Of a stretch of DNA of 64,000 nucleotides, positions 19,143 to 27,890 are shown piece by piece. Under the pieces are notes generated by a model. That model had not been told where the DNA came from and did not search any database. It saw nothing but the letters and a program-made list of their open reading frames with translations. Position 1 is the stretch's first letter, and every line of letters starts with the position of its first letter. A program made the translations under genes and the position numbers. This DNA comes from Minisyncoccota bacterium (GTDB lineage: Bacteria > Patescibacteriota > Minisyncoccia > Phycocordibacterales > JAGLPS01), in contig JAGLPS010000006.1 of the NCBI GenBank assembly GCA_023137185.1, positions 683 to 64,682 on the forward strand, written 5' to 3'.

Positions 19143-20948
19143 TTAACTTTCCAATTTATCTTTTATGAAATTAAAAATTTCCTTAAAATTTTTCTTTGTT
19201 GTGTTTAACAAATTAAAACTTTCGCCCTTAATGAAAAGTTCTTGAATGGCTGTATTAAATTTACTTTTTTCATATTCCACGCTATCAGGAAAAGATAATT
19301 TTTGAATCCTCAATCTCTCCGCAGAAGTATGAAATAGTTTTTCAGTTTGAAAATTGCTAAAATTTTCTTTTATTTCTTTCAGGGTAAATATGTGCTTTTT
19401 TAATTCTTCACTTACATTATTTAAATAATTTTTTTTCGCTCTTTTTCCCGGAATGTCATCATCAAAAATTGCAATAAATTTTTTGTTATTTGCTAAATAT
19501 TCGCGAAAAATATTCTCGTGCTTATCAACTCCTGCCCCAGGATAAAAGTTAAAATCATAATCATCATTAAAAAATTGCTCTTTTACCCATTTAAACGTGT
19601 AGTAATCAAATTTACCTTCAGTGAAAACAATGTTTTTAGTCTGCTCAAAAGGATTTTTAATATATTCTAAACAATCTAAAATTGGCTGAAAGTGTGTTTC
19701 CTCGTTTTCATTGTTTGCAACAAAATTCCTATATAGTTCTGCGTCAATATTCTGGCTGTAGTTTTCCATATCAATCACTCCGCTACTGTCTTCTTTTCTG
19801 CCTTTGTCTTTCACAACAAATGAAGTAAGTAAAAATTTTGGATTTAATAAATAGTGGCTATGTGTTGAATAAATTATTTTTGATCTGTCAATTAACTTTT
19901 CAAAAAGTTTTAGCAATTTTTGCTGGGATCCTTGATGTAAATTACTTGCTGGTTCATCAAATAAAAATAAATATTCTCCTTTTTCAGTTTGTCTTGCCTT
20001 TCTAAATTCAGTAAAAAGCAAAAAGCCAAAATACCATCTAAAACCCAAACTCATTTCATTGATGTAAAAACTGCTTGCCCCCTCTTTAATTTTAAATTGC
20101 AAAAAATAACCATTGGTATCTTTATTATGTTCAATTTCAATATTCTTTCTTGTTGAATTAGAAAAAATTTGTTGCCAAGACTGCACTATGACAGAATTTA
20201 ATTTTTGACTCATTTCATTTAATATTTGTTTTGCGGATTCTTCATCATCCTCGCTTGTACTTTTTAATCTATCTAGAATATGTTTATTTAAATTATAAGA
20301 CTCATCAATGCTACTTAAAATGTCTTGTAAAATTTTTCTATATTCTTTTTGAGTGTCCGTTTTTGTTAATTCCGAATTTTCAATATTTTCAAGATAAATT
20401 TTGTCAGGAAAATCAAATAGAAAATTTTCAAAATACAAAATTTTTGGAATTAACTTTTCTTTAATTTCTGTTGTTAACGCATCCCAATGTTCGTTGTATC
20501 TATCGTACATATCAACAAAATTTTTTGCTTGTTTTGTCTTTACTTTTAAATCAATGTTCCACAAAACACTAAAACCTCTATCAATAAATTTAGAATCTTT
20601 GAATTTATATTTTTTAGTAATTGATATTTCATCTATTTCTTTTTCTAATTCTAATTTTTTCTTTAGTAAAAAAGATTCAATAAATTTTTTGTCATCATTA
20701 CCCAATTTTAAAGTTGCTTTAATTGTTACTACATCGTTAAAATTTGCTTTTTTATTCTTATGTATCATCTCGTGCTCGCTGCCCTCAATTTTATTTTGAA
20801 ATAAATCTATTGCTTCTAAAATTGTAGTTTTTCCGCTCTCGTTTAACCCAACTAATGGAAAAATTTCTCCATTCGGTTGTTTTGTTAAATCTAAAACAAG
20901 ACTATTTATCCCTTTAAAATTTTTTATTTTGAATTTAATGTATTTCAT
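19143..20948 (-). CDS. OLD-like ABC ATPase-TOPRIM nuclease
   Basis: Walker A GLNESGKTT, signature-like MSLGF, FLFDEP..NLH, STHS, TOPRIM TEGKFD and IFDDD. Confidence 0.75.
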   Translation of the reverse strand: MKYIKFKIKNFKGINSLVLDLTKQPNGEIFPLVGLNESGKTTILEAIDLFQNKIEGSEHEMIHKNKKANFNDVVTIKATLKLGNDDKKFIESFLLKKKLELEKEIDEISITKKYKFKDSKFIDRGFSVLWNIDLKVKTKQAKNFVDMYDRYNEHWDALTTEIKEKLIPKILYFENFLFDFPDKIYLENIENSELTKTDTQKEYRKILQDILSSIDESYNLNKHILDRLKSTSEDDEESAKQILNEMSQKLNSVIVQSWQQIFSNSTRKNIEIEHNKDTNGYFLQFKIKEGASSFYINEMSLGFRWYFGFLLFTEFRKARQTEKGEYLFLFDEPASNLHQGSQQKLLKLFEKLIDRSKIIYSTHSHYLLNPKFLLTSFVVKDKGRKEDSSGVIDMENYSQNIDAELYRNFVANNENEETHFQPILDCLEYIKNPFEQTKNIVFTEGKFDYYTFKWVKEQFFNDDYDFNFYPGAGVDKHENIFREYLANNKKFIAIFDDDIPGKRAKKNYLNNVSEELKKHIFTLKEIKENFSNFQTEKLFHTSAERLRIQKLSFPDSVEYEKSKFNTAIQELFIKGESFNLLNTTKKNFKEIFNFIKDKLES

Positions 20949-20970
20949 GAGTGATTAAATTAAAATTAAA

Positions 20971-21096
20971 TTATCTCCAAAACCCCAACCCATTCTCCCT
21001 CCCCCACTTCTCAAAAGCAAAAGCGATCTCGTCTAAGTCGTCAAACTTGCGCGCTTCTTGAACATCTGATTTTTTTATAATTGAAATTTGAGGCAT
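20971..21096 (-). repeat. Chimeric junction J1: hsdS 5' start fused in frame to hsdM 3' end (41-aa mini-ORF)
   Basis: Translates MPQISIIKKSDVQEARKFD-DLDEIAFAFEKWGRENGLGFWR*, matching the HsdS N-terminus and HsdM C-terminus. Confidence 0.92.
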
Positions 21097-21098
21097 AG

Positions 21099-22025
21099 TT
21101 AATTTTTAATTTTAGAAACCTCTGATGGCTCAATTTCTTTCCCTTCTGGTTTAGGGTTAAATTCTATACTTTTATAATTTTTACATTGAAATAATTGATA
21201 TTTAATAAGTTCATCAAACTTCAAATTTCCTTTTTTTAGATCTGATGGATGAATTACAATAATTAATTTTTCGCAAATCGCTTTATATTTAGATGTATCT
21301 ATAAAAGTATCTATAATTTGCTTAATAATAATTTCTCTGGTTAGCTCAGGATTTCTTCCATGTTGTGCATTTATTAGAGGAATCACAATAGATTCATCTT
21401 TACTTGAATCAGAGGAAAGAAATTCCCATAATCCATTTAAGCTAAGCATAAAATCATCTATAGAGGATTTGACTCTATCATTTTTTTGTTTCTTTGAATT
21501 TACAAGTAAATAAAACCTTTTTATTTTATTTTTAAACAATTTCTTTTTTTGCTTTTCTATTTCAATAACCTTTCCTATCTCAAAAGGAGTATCCCTAATA
21601 TTTATTTTTTCCTTTATTTTATCGTCTAGTTGTTTTGAATCATTATTAAAATAATCTTTAATTAATTTATTCTGAATACTTTTTGCTTCTTTAACATTTC
21701 CATTCAGGGATGTATCAAAATAATTATTAAACGGAACTATTTGTGAACCTTTAACATTAAAAGCATCTCCAATTTTCAACTCAATGCAAGAGTCTCTATC
21801 TCTAATTTTTATAGAATGAGATGATTTCGGATAATTTTTAAAAATTGCATATAAAAAACTTGAACCTAAAATGCACCAAAATATTAAAGGAAGATTTAAT
21901 CTTTCACTTACAGAAGAGAAAAAATATGAAATAATTTCTGTGATTAGCCACAAAAAACCAAGACAAGAAAGAAAGTCTTTAATAGCAAAACGCCAATTTT
22001 GTATCCATCTTTTTATTAAGATCAT
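21099..22025 (-). CDS. thsA: Thoeris type II effector-like protein (2 TM + macro domain)
   Basis: Two N-terminal TM helices, IELKIGDAF, IVPFNNYFDT, SIQ.KL, PL....GR; coupled to a TIR gene. Confidence 0.75.
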   Translation of the reverse strand: MILIKRWIQNWRFAIKDFLSCLGFLWLITEIISYFFSSVSERLNLPLIFWCILGSSFLYAIFKNYPKSSHSIKIRDRDSCIELKIGDAFNVKGSQIVPFNNYFDTSLNGNVKEAKSIQNKLIKDYFNNDSKQLDDKIKEKINIRDTPFEIGKVIEIEKQKKKLFKNKIKRFYLLVNSKKQKNDRVKSSIDDFMLSLNGLWEFLSSDSSKDESIVIPLINAQHGRNPELTREIIIKQIIDTFIDTSKYKAICEKLIIVIHPSDLKKGNLKFDELIKYQLFQCKNYKSIEFNPKPEGKEIEPSEVSKIKN

Positions 22026-22528
22026 AATCCTAGTTGCTGGTAAACTGTATCTTTGTAATGATAAGCTCCTGTTTTATCATTATTTCTAAAAGAAGAATCT
22101 GAATCAAACCAATCATCAATAGCATGTTCAATTATCTTTTGTTTAAAATTCACATGAACAGCTAATTCGTCTTTTAGTATTGTTGGACATAAATCAGAAT
22201 CCATACTTGTTTTCCCATTTAAATTTACTACAATAATCGGAATATTTCTTTTTATTGCCTGCTCAATTTCCCAACGAACAAATTTATAAAGATGTTTCGT
22301 ATTATCTCCCACAAGAAGAATAAAAACTTTCGTGTTTCTTAATCGTTCAGCAAGTTTTGCCTTAATAGTTTCTTCTGTAGAATCTGACATAAGATTATTT
22401 AAATCATGAGCATCATAAAAATTAAATGAAGTATTATCACTTTTTTTCCAAGCTTGCATTAAACGATAATAATGAATGTCATTATCTGCATCAAAAGCAA
22501 CATATGTTTTGTTTGTATAAATTGTCAT
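22022..22528 (-). CDS. thsB: Thoeris TIR-domain sensor (DUF1863-like)
   Basis: YVAFDADND, FYDAHD, IK.KL.ERL, ILLVG..T, VRWEIE.A (catalytic Glu), PII.VNL. Confidence 0.88.
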   Translation of the reverse strand: MTIYTNKTYVAFDADNDIHYYRLMQAWKKSDNTSFNFYDAHDLNNLMSDSTEETIKAKLAERLRNTKVFILLVGDNTKHLYKFVRWEIEQAIKRNIPIIVVNLNGKTSMDSDLCPTILKDELAVHVNFKQKIIEHAIDDWFDSDSSFRNNDKTGAYHYKDTVYQQLGL

Positions 22529-22567
22529 AAAAATATTTTAGATTAATAAATTAATTTTTCCAAAAAT

Positions 22568-22879
22568 TCAACTCTTCCTTTTCACAAGAGTTTTTCCTGT
22601 TTTACCTCTTCGTAATTGGACTTTCGGCATATTCTTTTTTGCGTGATCCAAAGCCTCATCATTAAAACCTTTTGTTGAAACAATTACATCTGCATGGTTT
22701 TGTTGATACGCTTTTTGTAATTGAAATTTCGTAAGAGGCTTTTTGTAATCTTTCACTTCAACTTTATCTCCTCCCTTTTTAATATCTGGATTATTTGGTC
22801 CAGCTTTTCTTGTGCCATCAATTCCTTTGGCGACTTTTTTCTCTGCTCGTTTTCCTTTTTTTGCATTGTTATCTGTCAT
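22568..22879 (-). CDS. Small PD-(D/E)XK (Mrr-cat-like) nuclease
   Basis: G...E..VA, PDI......VEVKDY, IVST.GF..EA. Confidence 0.65.
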   Translation of the reverse strand: MTDNNAKKGKRAEKKVAKGIDGTRKAGPNNPDIKKGGDKVEVKDYKKPLTKFQLQKAYQQNHADVIVSTKGFNDEALDHAKKNMPKVQLRRGKTGKTLVKRKS

Positions 22880-22907
22880 ATTATTTTAAATTAAAAAATT
22901 AATAAAT

Positions 22908-23033
22908 TTATTTCCAAAAACTCAACCCATTCTCCTTCCCCCACTTCTCAAAAGCAAAAGCGATCTCGTCTAAGTCGTCAAACTTGCGTGCTTCATTGAA
23001 TATCTGTTTTTTTATAATTGAAATTTGCGGCAT
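22908..23033 (-). repeat. Chimeric junction J2: hsdS 5' start fused in frame to hsdM 3' end (41-aa mini-ORF)
   Basis: Translates MPQISIIKKQIFNEARKFD-DLDEIAFAFEKWGKENGLSFWK*; same crossover as J1. Confidence 0.92.
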
Positions 23034-23040
23034 AGCCATT

Positions 23041-24144
23041 TTAATTTATATGATAATGCTTAATTGCATTATTTCGAATAACTAAAAGATAACTTTCTGT
23101 TTTCCAGCATTGTTGATTATCACATATCTCACTAACATATTCTTTTTCATTAAAAATAACGAAGTTTATCTCTTTTAAAAATGTATTTCCACAAACAAAA
23201 TTCTTAATAAAATCTTTATTTTTTATATTTCCAATTAAATATAAAGTTTCCAAATTTGATTTTGTAAATTCCTCTATATATCTTTTGTAAGGAGCACTAC
23301 CTTGCTCATAAATTTTGTCTGTTTTCCCGATTATAATCATTCCAAATTTACAATAATTACCTAAAAATCTATTATCGGTTTCTTCATTGATTTTTCGCCT
23401 TGAATAATTATTTAAAAATTTTATTAAATTTGTAACCTCTGTAATAATTAAATCGTCTTTTCTATTATTAAAAACTTTTTCTCCTAAAAAAATCATCTCT
23501 TGAATAAAGACAGGAAAAAATAATCCTTTTTTATCAATACTTTGATATTTAACAAATAAATCATCAACTATTTTTTCTTCTATTTTTGGATGTAAAAAAT
23601 CTTCAATAAATTCTTTTACGACATCTTCTTTCTCCTCTTCAAATATTTTCTTGCCAACAAATAAATCTATAGATTCTTTTTGTTTTTCACTTATATATCT
23701 TTTTGCTTTAATTAATAAATTTTCTGCTATAAAAATCATAGTTGCATTAACAAAGTTTTTATTTTCATTATCATTTTTCCTTATTCTAACAATCATTTTT
23801 CCATTCTCTAAAAAAGATTTTGGTATTTCACTATCACTTACCCATTCCACTTTTAGTTTTATTGGCATAAAACCTTTAATTTCTCTTTTTAAAAAACCGT
23901 TAACAAAAGAATTAGTTCTACTTTGAAAATCATGCTGGATATATTTTTTCCTGATTACGGGAACTGTTTTAAAAATTTTTGATAATGCTTTATAAAATAA
24001 TGCAATAAATTTTTCAAATCTATCGGGATAAAATACAGCACAAACAAAAACTATGAAAAATAAAAACCAACCGCCGTATGCGAACATACAGTCAAAAAAA
24101 ACTTTCGCGCTTTCCCCGTCATTAAAATTTATATTAATTGGCAT
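23041..24144 (-). CDS. Hypothetical membrane-anchored protein (cassette cargo)
   Basis: Long AT-rich ORF with one N-terminal TM helix; likely start MPININF just after the upstream stop. Confidence 0.7.
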   Translation of the reverse strand: MPININFNDGESAKVFFDCMFAYGGWFLFFIVFVCAVFYPDRFEKFIALFYKALSKIFKTVPVIRKKYIQHDFQSRTNSFVNGFLKREIKGFMPIKLKVEWVSDSEIPKSFLENGKMIVRIRKNDNENKNFVNATMIFIAENLLIKAKRYISEKQKESIDLFVGKKIFEEEKEDVVKEFIEDFLHPKIEEKIVDDLFVKYQSIDKKGLFFPVFIQEMIFLGEKVFNNRKDDLIITEVTNLIKFLNNYSRRKINEETDNRFLGNYCKFGMIIIGKTDKIYEQGSAPYKRYIEEFTKSNLETLYLIGNIKNKDFIKNFVCGNTFLKEINFVIFNEKEYVSEICDNQQCWKTESYLLVIRNNAIKHYHIN

Positions 24145-24146
24145 AT

Positions 24147-24380
24147 TTATTTTAAATATACTAATAGTTTTTTTATACACTCAGGCGAATCGCACACAAA
24201 TTTTATATCTTCTGATTTTTTAAATAAAGAATGCAAGTTTTCAACATTAATTATATTTTTGCAAAATTCACATTTTTTTCTTCCTTGTACAAAATCATCT
24301 AAAATGCCAAGCCTTTTCAGCATTCCTTTTAAATCATCATCGTATACTAGATTGATTTTCTTTTTTTCTTTTTTGAACAT
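24147..24380 (-). CDS. Small Cys-containing hypothetical protein (CxxC...CxxxxC)
   Basis: CEFC and CDSPEC motifs; operonic spacing. Confidence 0.7.
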   Translation of the reverse strand: MFKKEKKKINLVYDDDLKGMLKRLGILDDFVQGRKKCEFCKNIINVENLHSLFKKSEDIKFVCDSPECIKKLLVYLK

Positions 24381-24404
24381 ATTAATTTATTTATTTTCAA
24401 AAAA

Positions 24405-25070
24405 TTATTTTTCATCTCTCTTTTCAATAGCTTCTTTGGAATTTTCTGGTAAATCGTTATAAAAACTGTCAATTTCTTTTTGTTCTGTAATCATTTTTTC
24501 TGCTATAAAATTTAGCAATTCAAAAAGTTTCAAGACTTTTTCTGTCTCTTCTTCAAGATTTATTTCTCCTGGGTGAACCGCACCATTTCCTGTTATTCTA
24601 AGTATATCCAAAGATTTTTGAATTTGAGGATTCAACCCTTTTTTAACTAACTCCTTTATGTCATCATTTATATTTTTTCCTTTTTCACCAAGCTGTTTGC
24701 AAAGTTTTTGTAACGCTAATCTTAAAAGTGCAGCAGATGCTCGCGGAGAATCACTAAAAATATTTGCCGCTTCTAAATAATCCTTTTTAATGTCACCAGA
24801 CAAATCATCGTTAGGCAGATCAACAATCATTTTTTTAGGATATATAATTTCATTTTCAAGCCAAATTATTTTTTCGCTACAATGTTTGCATCGTGACATT
24901 TTCCATTCACTTGATAAATTCTCGTTAAACTTGCTAACACCGTAAAAATCATCTCCATAAACATGATGACCTGTAATATGTCCCCATTGTTGCTCTGCAA
25001 ATACTCCACAGTGCGGACAATGGAATTCGCCGTAATTCAATATTGGTGGATAATGTTTTTCTTTTGTCAT
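24405..25070 (-). CDS. DUF4145 (HEPN-like) domain protein
   Basis: CPHC, CKHC, DYLEA..I...SPRASAALLRLALQKLC, LRITGNGAVH. Confidence 0.85.
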   Translation of the reverse strand: MTKEKHYPPILNYGEFHCPHCGVFAEQQWGHITGHHVYGDDFYGVSKFNENLSSEWKMSRCKHCSEKIIWLENEIIYPKKMIVDLPNDDLSGDIKKDYLEAANIFSDSPRASAALLRLALQKLCKQLGEKGKNINDDIKELVKKGLNPQIQKSLDILRITGNGAVHPGEINLEEETEKVLKLFELLNFIAEKMITEQKEIDSFYNDLPENSKEAIEKRDEK

Positions 25071-25091
25071 ATTTTTATTCTTAAATTTATA

Positions 25092-27119
25092 TTATCTCCA
25101 AAAATTCAACCCATTCTCCTTCCCCCATTTCTCAAAAGCAAAAGCAATATCGTCTAAATCGTGTTTTTGTTTTAGGTGGTTATGCTCATCAAGTTTTCTT
25201 TCTCCATTTTTATCAACTTCGTAAATCTCATCCCCCGAATTATCTTTGCCTGAATTTTCACTCACCGCCATAAATATTTTATAATCATCAACCTTTGGAT
25301 TGATTTTTTCATCCCATTTCTGCACAAACAAGACAGAAGTTTTTGTTCCCGTATGCGGTTTGAAAGTATTGCCGTCAAGCCCGACCACCGCTAAAAGGCG
25401 CGCCCGCTCCATTATAAAATCCCTGATCCTTTCATCGCTCGTATTATTAAACCTTCCCTGCGGCAAGACAATCGCCATTCTTCCGCCCGGTTTTAGAAAA
25501 TCCAGATTCCTTTCAATAAACAAAATGTCTCTTGAAATATTATCAATCTGCTTGTCTTTTTTATAAGCCACTTCATAGCAAGCCGTCATCCTTTTATCTT
25601 TAATATCTCCGGCAAAAGGCGGATTCGCCATTACCAAATCAAAATTAAATTCTTTTGGATTTTTTCTGTCTTTCGCCAAATCCAGCAATCTGTAAAAACC
25701 CTCTAAATAAGTTCTGCTCCATTCCCGGTCTTTCAGTTTTTCTTCCCACCTTGTGTAATCAAGCGAATTCAAATGCAAGACATTTGTCCTGCCGTCGCCC
25801 GCAATCATATTTAAAGTCCGCGCGACACGAACCGATTTTTCGTCAAAATCAATCCCGAAAACTTTTAAGACATATTCCTTTTGCTCTTTGGTCGGTTTCT
25901 GATTTGAAAAATTGCTGAATTGCGCCTTGCCGTTGCCTTTTAATTTTTCCCAAACATTAAAAAGCGTATGTACTGTAAATCCGCAAGACCCGCAAGCCGT
26001 ATCTATCATATACTCGCTTGGCTTTGGATTAAGCATATAAACGCACATATCAATTACATTTCTTGGCGTAAAATACTGTCCTTTTTCTCCTTTGGCGGAT
26101 TTGTTGACCAGATATTCAAACGCTTCGTCAATCACCTGCAGATTGGAATTGAAGAGTTTTACATTCTGCAAAAATCCGACGCAGATTTGCAGATGGTTTT
26201 CATCCGTAATGCGAAGCGGTTCGCCTTTTTCAAAAATTCCCGGCCATTTTTCTTTGGCTTTCTGAAAAAGATTATTGATGACTTCTTTCGTATGATGCGC
26301 ATCGCCGCGACTTCTGAATTCCAGTTGCGTTAATCCTTTTATTTTAACTTTAGCCAAAATTTCTTTATCAGATAAATCAGGATTTTCTTCTCTTAGTTCT
26401 TTAAATTTCCACTCTATTTTTTGCCTATCTTCCGAGCTTTCCATTTCATCATAAAGCTTGATAAAAATCAGTTTAAAAACTTCTTCAAAAACATCCACGC
26501 CGGCATTTGCCAGAACTTCGTCCTCCATTTCCTGAATTAAAGTTTTCAAAGATTTTCTTTCTTCCTGAAGCTTGTCTTTTTGCATCAGTTCCAAATAAGT
26601 AAAAATTTCGTTTTTTACATCGTCTATTGTTTCATTCGCTTTTGGAATATCAGAAAGCGGTTCAAAATAATTAGGATCCAATCGCTCGTAATAATTTATT
26701 TCTGTTCCGTTCGTCCAAACCGCCAAAGGTGCGCCTGTCGCGTTTGTGTAGCTTTTCAACTGGTCTTTCCCATCTTTCGCTTTGTGCTTTTTAATTTCCA
26801 AAACACAATAAACGCTCGTTTTATCTTTTTTATTTAAAATAATAATATCCGCTAGCTTCTTTTCCCTGCCAAAAGAAATAGAAAATTCAACCCTTATCAA
26901 ATCAACGGGATAATTATATTCATTAAGAAGTTTATCAAGCGTTAATTGCCTCACAATCTCCTCCGGCTTTGCTTGAATGTCTTTTTCTCTTTTCAAACAT
27001 TTAATAAAATGCTTTCCTTTTTTCTCAAAAATGCTTTTCTCAACTCTGTCTATGCTTTCCGCGGAAAAAGTCGTCAAATCATATTTCCCGCCTGATTTTA
27101 TAAGTTGCGATAGATTCAT
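25092..27119 (-). CDS. hsdM: Fused HsdR_N-type endonuclease and N6-adenine methyltransferase (Type IIB/IIG-like R-M subunit)
   Basis: PEEIVRQ, ADI...LEIKK nuclease motif, KGEKGQYFTPR, DTACGSCGF (motif I), ANPPF (motif IV). Confidence 0.9.
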   Translation of the reverse strand: MNLSQLIKSGGKYDLTTFSAESIDRVEKSIFEKKGKHFIKCLKREKDIQAKPEEIVRQLTLDKLLNEYNYPVDLIRVEFSISFGREKKLADIIILNKKDKTSVYCVLEIKKHKAKDGKDQLKSYTNATGAPLAVWTNGTEINYYERLDPNYFEPLSDIPKANETIDDVKNEIFTYLELMQKDKLQEERKSLKTLIQEMEDEVLANAGVDVFEEVFKLIFIKLYDEMESSEDRQKIEWKFKELREENPDLSDKEILAKVKIKGLTQLEFRSRGDAHHTKEVINNLFQKAKEKWPGIFEKGEPLRITDENHLQICVGFLQNVKLFNSNLQVIDEAFEYLVNKSAKGEKGQYFTPRNVIDMCVYMLNPKPSEYMIDTACGSCGFTVHTLFNVWEKLKGNGKAQFSNFSNQKPTKEQKEYVLKVFGIDFDEKSVRVARTLNMIAGDGRTNVLHLNSLDYTRWEEKLKDREWSRTYLEGFYRLLDLAKDRKNPKEFNFDLVMANPPFAGDIKDKRMTACYEVAYKKDKQIDNISRDILFIERNLDFLKPGGRMAIVLPQGRFNNTSDERIRDFIMERARLLAVVGLDGNTFKPHTGTKTSVLFVQKWDEKINPKVDDYKIFMAVSENSGKDNSGDEIYEVDKNGERKLDEHNHLKQKHDLDDIAFAFEKWGKENGLNFWR

Positions 27120-27200
27120 AATTTTTTGTTAAAAGTTTCGTAATAAATTTATTTTGATTGATACTTTTGTTTCTTTGAAATTTGCTATATTTTTATTTAA

Positions 27201-27710
27201 TTAAATCATCCCTCCAGAGGCGGGCAGGCAGGCGAAATACCGAGAGCGTCCGCGATTTTTTAACTGTGTCAATGGTGGGGTTTGGCGTTGCGCGTCGCCG
27301 ACCGCTTTCATAAACTCATCGTAGTTTTTGGCAATGCGTTTGCGATTTATTGTATACCCTTGAACAAGATATTCTTTTAATATCTTGTTCGCCCACTTCC
27401 TAAATTCAACAGCTTGAGCGGAATTTGTTCTATATCCTACGGATAAAATAACATCAAGAGAATAAAAAGAAACCGGCTTATCTGAATTTGCAATGTGCAT
27501 TTTTTGCACATTGCTTTTTTCACTTATTTCTCCAGATTTAATGATCGTTCTAATATGCTTTGTGATCACAGATCGTTCTACACTAAAAACTTCAGCAATC
27601 TGTGCCTGTGTCGCCCATATATTTTCATGCTCAAAATCGCCTCGAAGTTCAATCGCTCCGTTTTTTGCTTGATAAATAATTATATTGTTTGCTGTTTTTT
27701 TCTTTTTCAT
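27201..27710 (-). pseudogene. RhuM-family protein truncated by a 96-bp repeat
   Basis: IWATQAQIAEVF, ITKHI..I, YSLD.ILSVGYR.NS..A..FR.WA; C-terminus runs into repeat 27207-27302. Confidence 0.7.
27207..27302. repeat. 96-bp direct repeat (second copy 27731-27826)
   Basis: Near-identical copies; both encode VGDAQRQTP.LTQLKN.GR.R.FACLPA.GGM. Confidence 0.9.
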
Positions 27711-27889
27711 AATTTATATTTCGCTTTAAACATCCCTCCAAAGGCGGGCAGGCAGGCGAAACGCCGAGCGCGTCCGCAATTTTTTAACTGTGTCAATAGT
27801 GGGGTTTGGCGTTGCGCGTCGCCGACTACTTCGGCGTCTTTGCGCATAATGTTTTGGATATTTTTGATGATGTTTTGTATTTCGGACAT
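27707..27889 (-). pseudogene. N-terminal stub of a different type I HsdM
   Basis: MSEIQNIIKNIQNIMRKDA.V.GDAQR resembles type I HsdM N-termini, then enters the 96-bp repeat. Confidence 0.6.
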
Positions 27890-27890
27890 A

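Noticed and set aside
19143-20948. Gabija system
   Set aside because: The ATPase-TOPRIM gene has no adjacent GajB-like helicase; the UvrD gene 29 kb away is in a housekeeping context.
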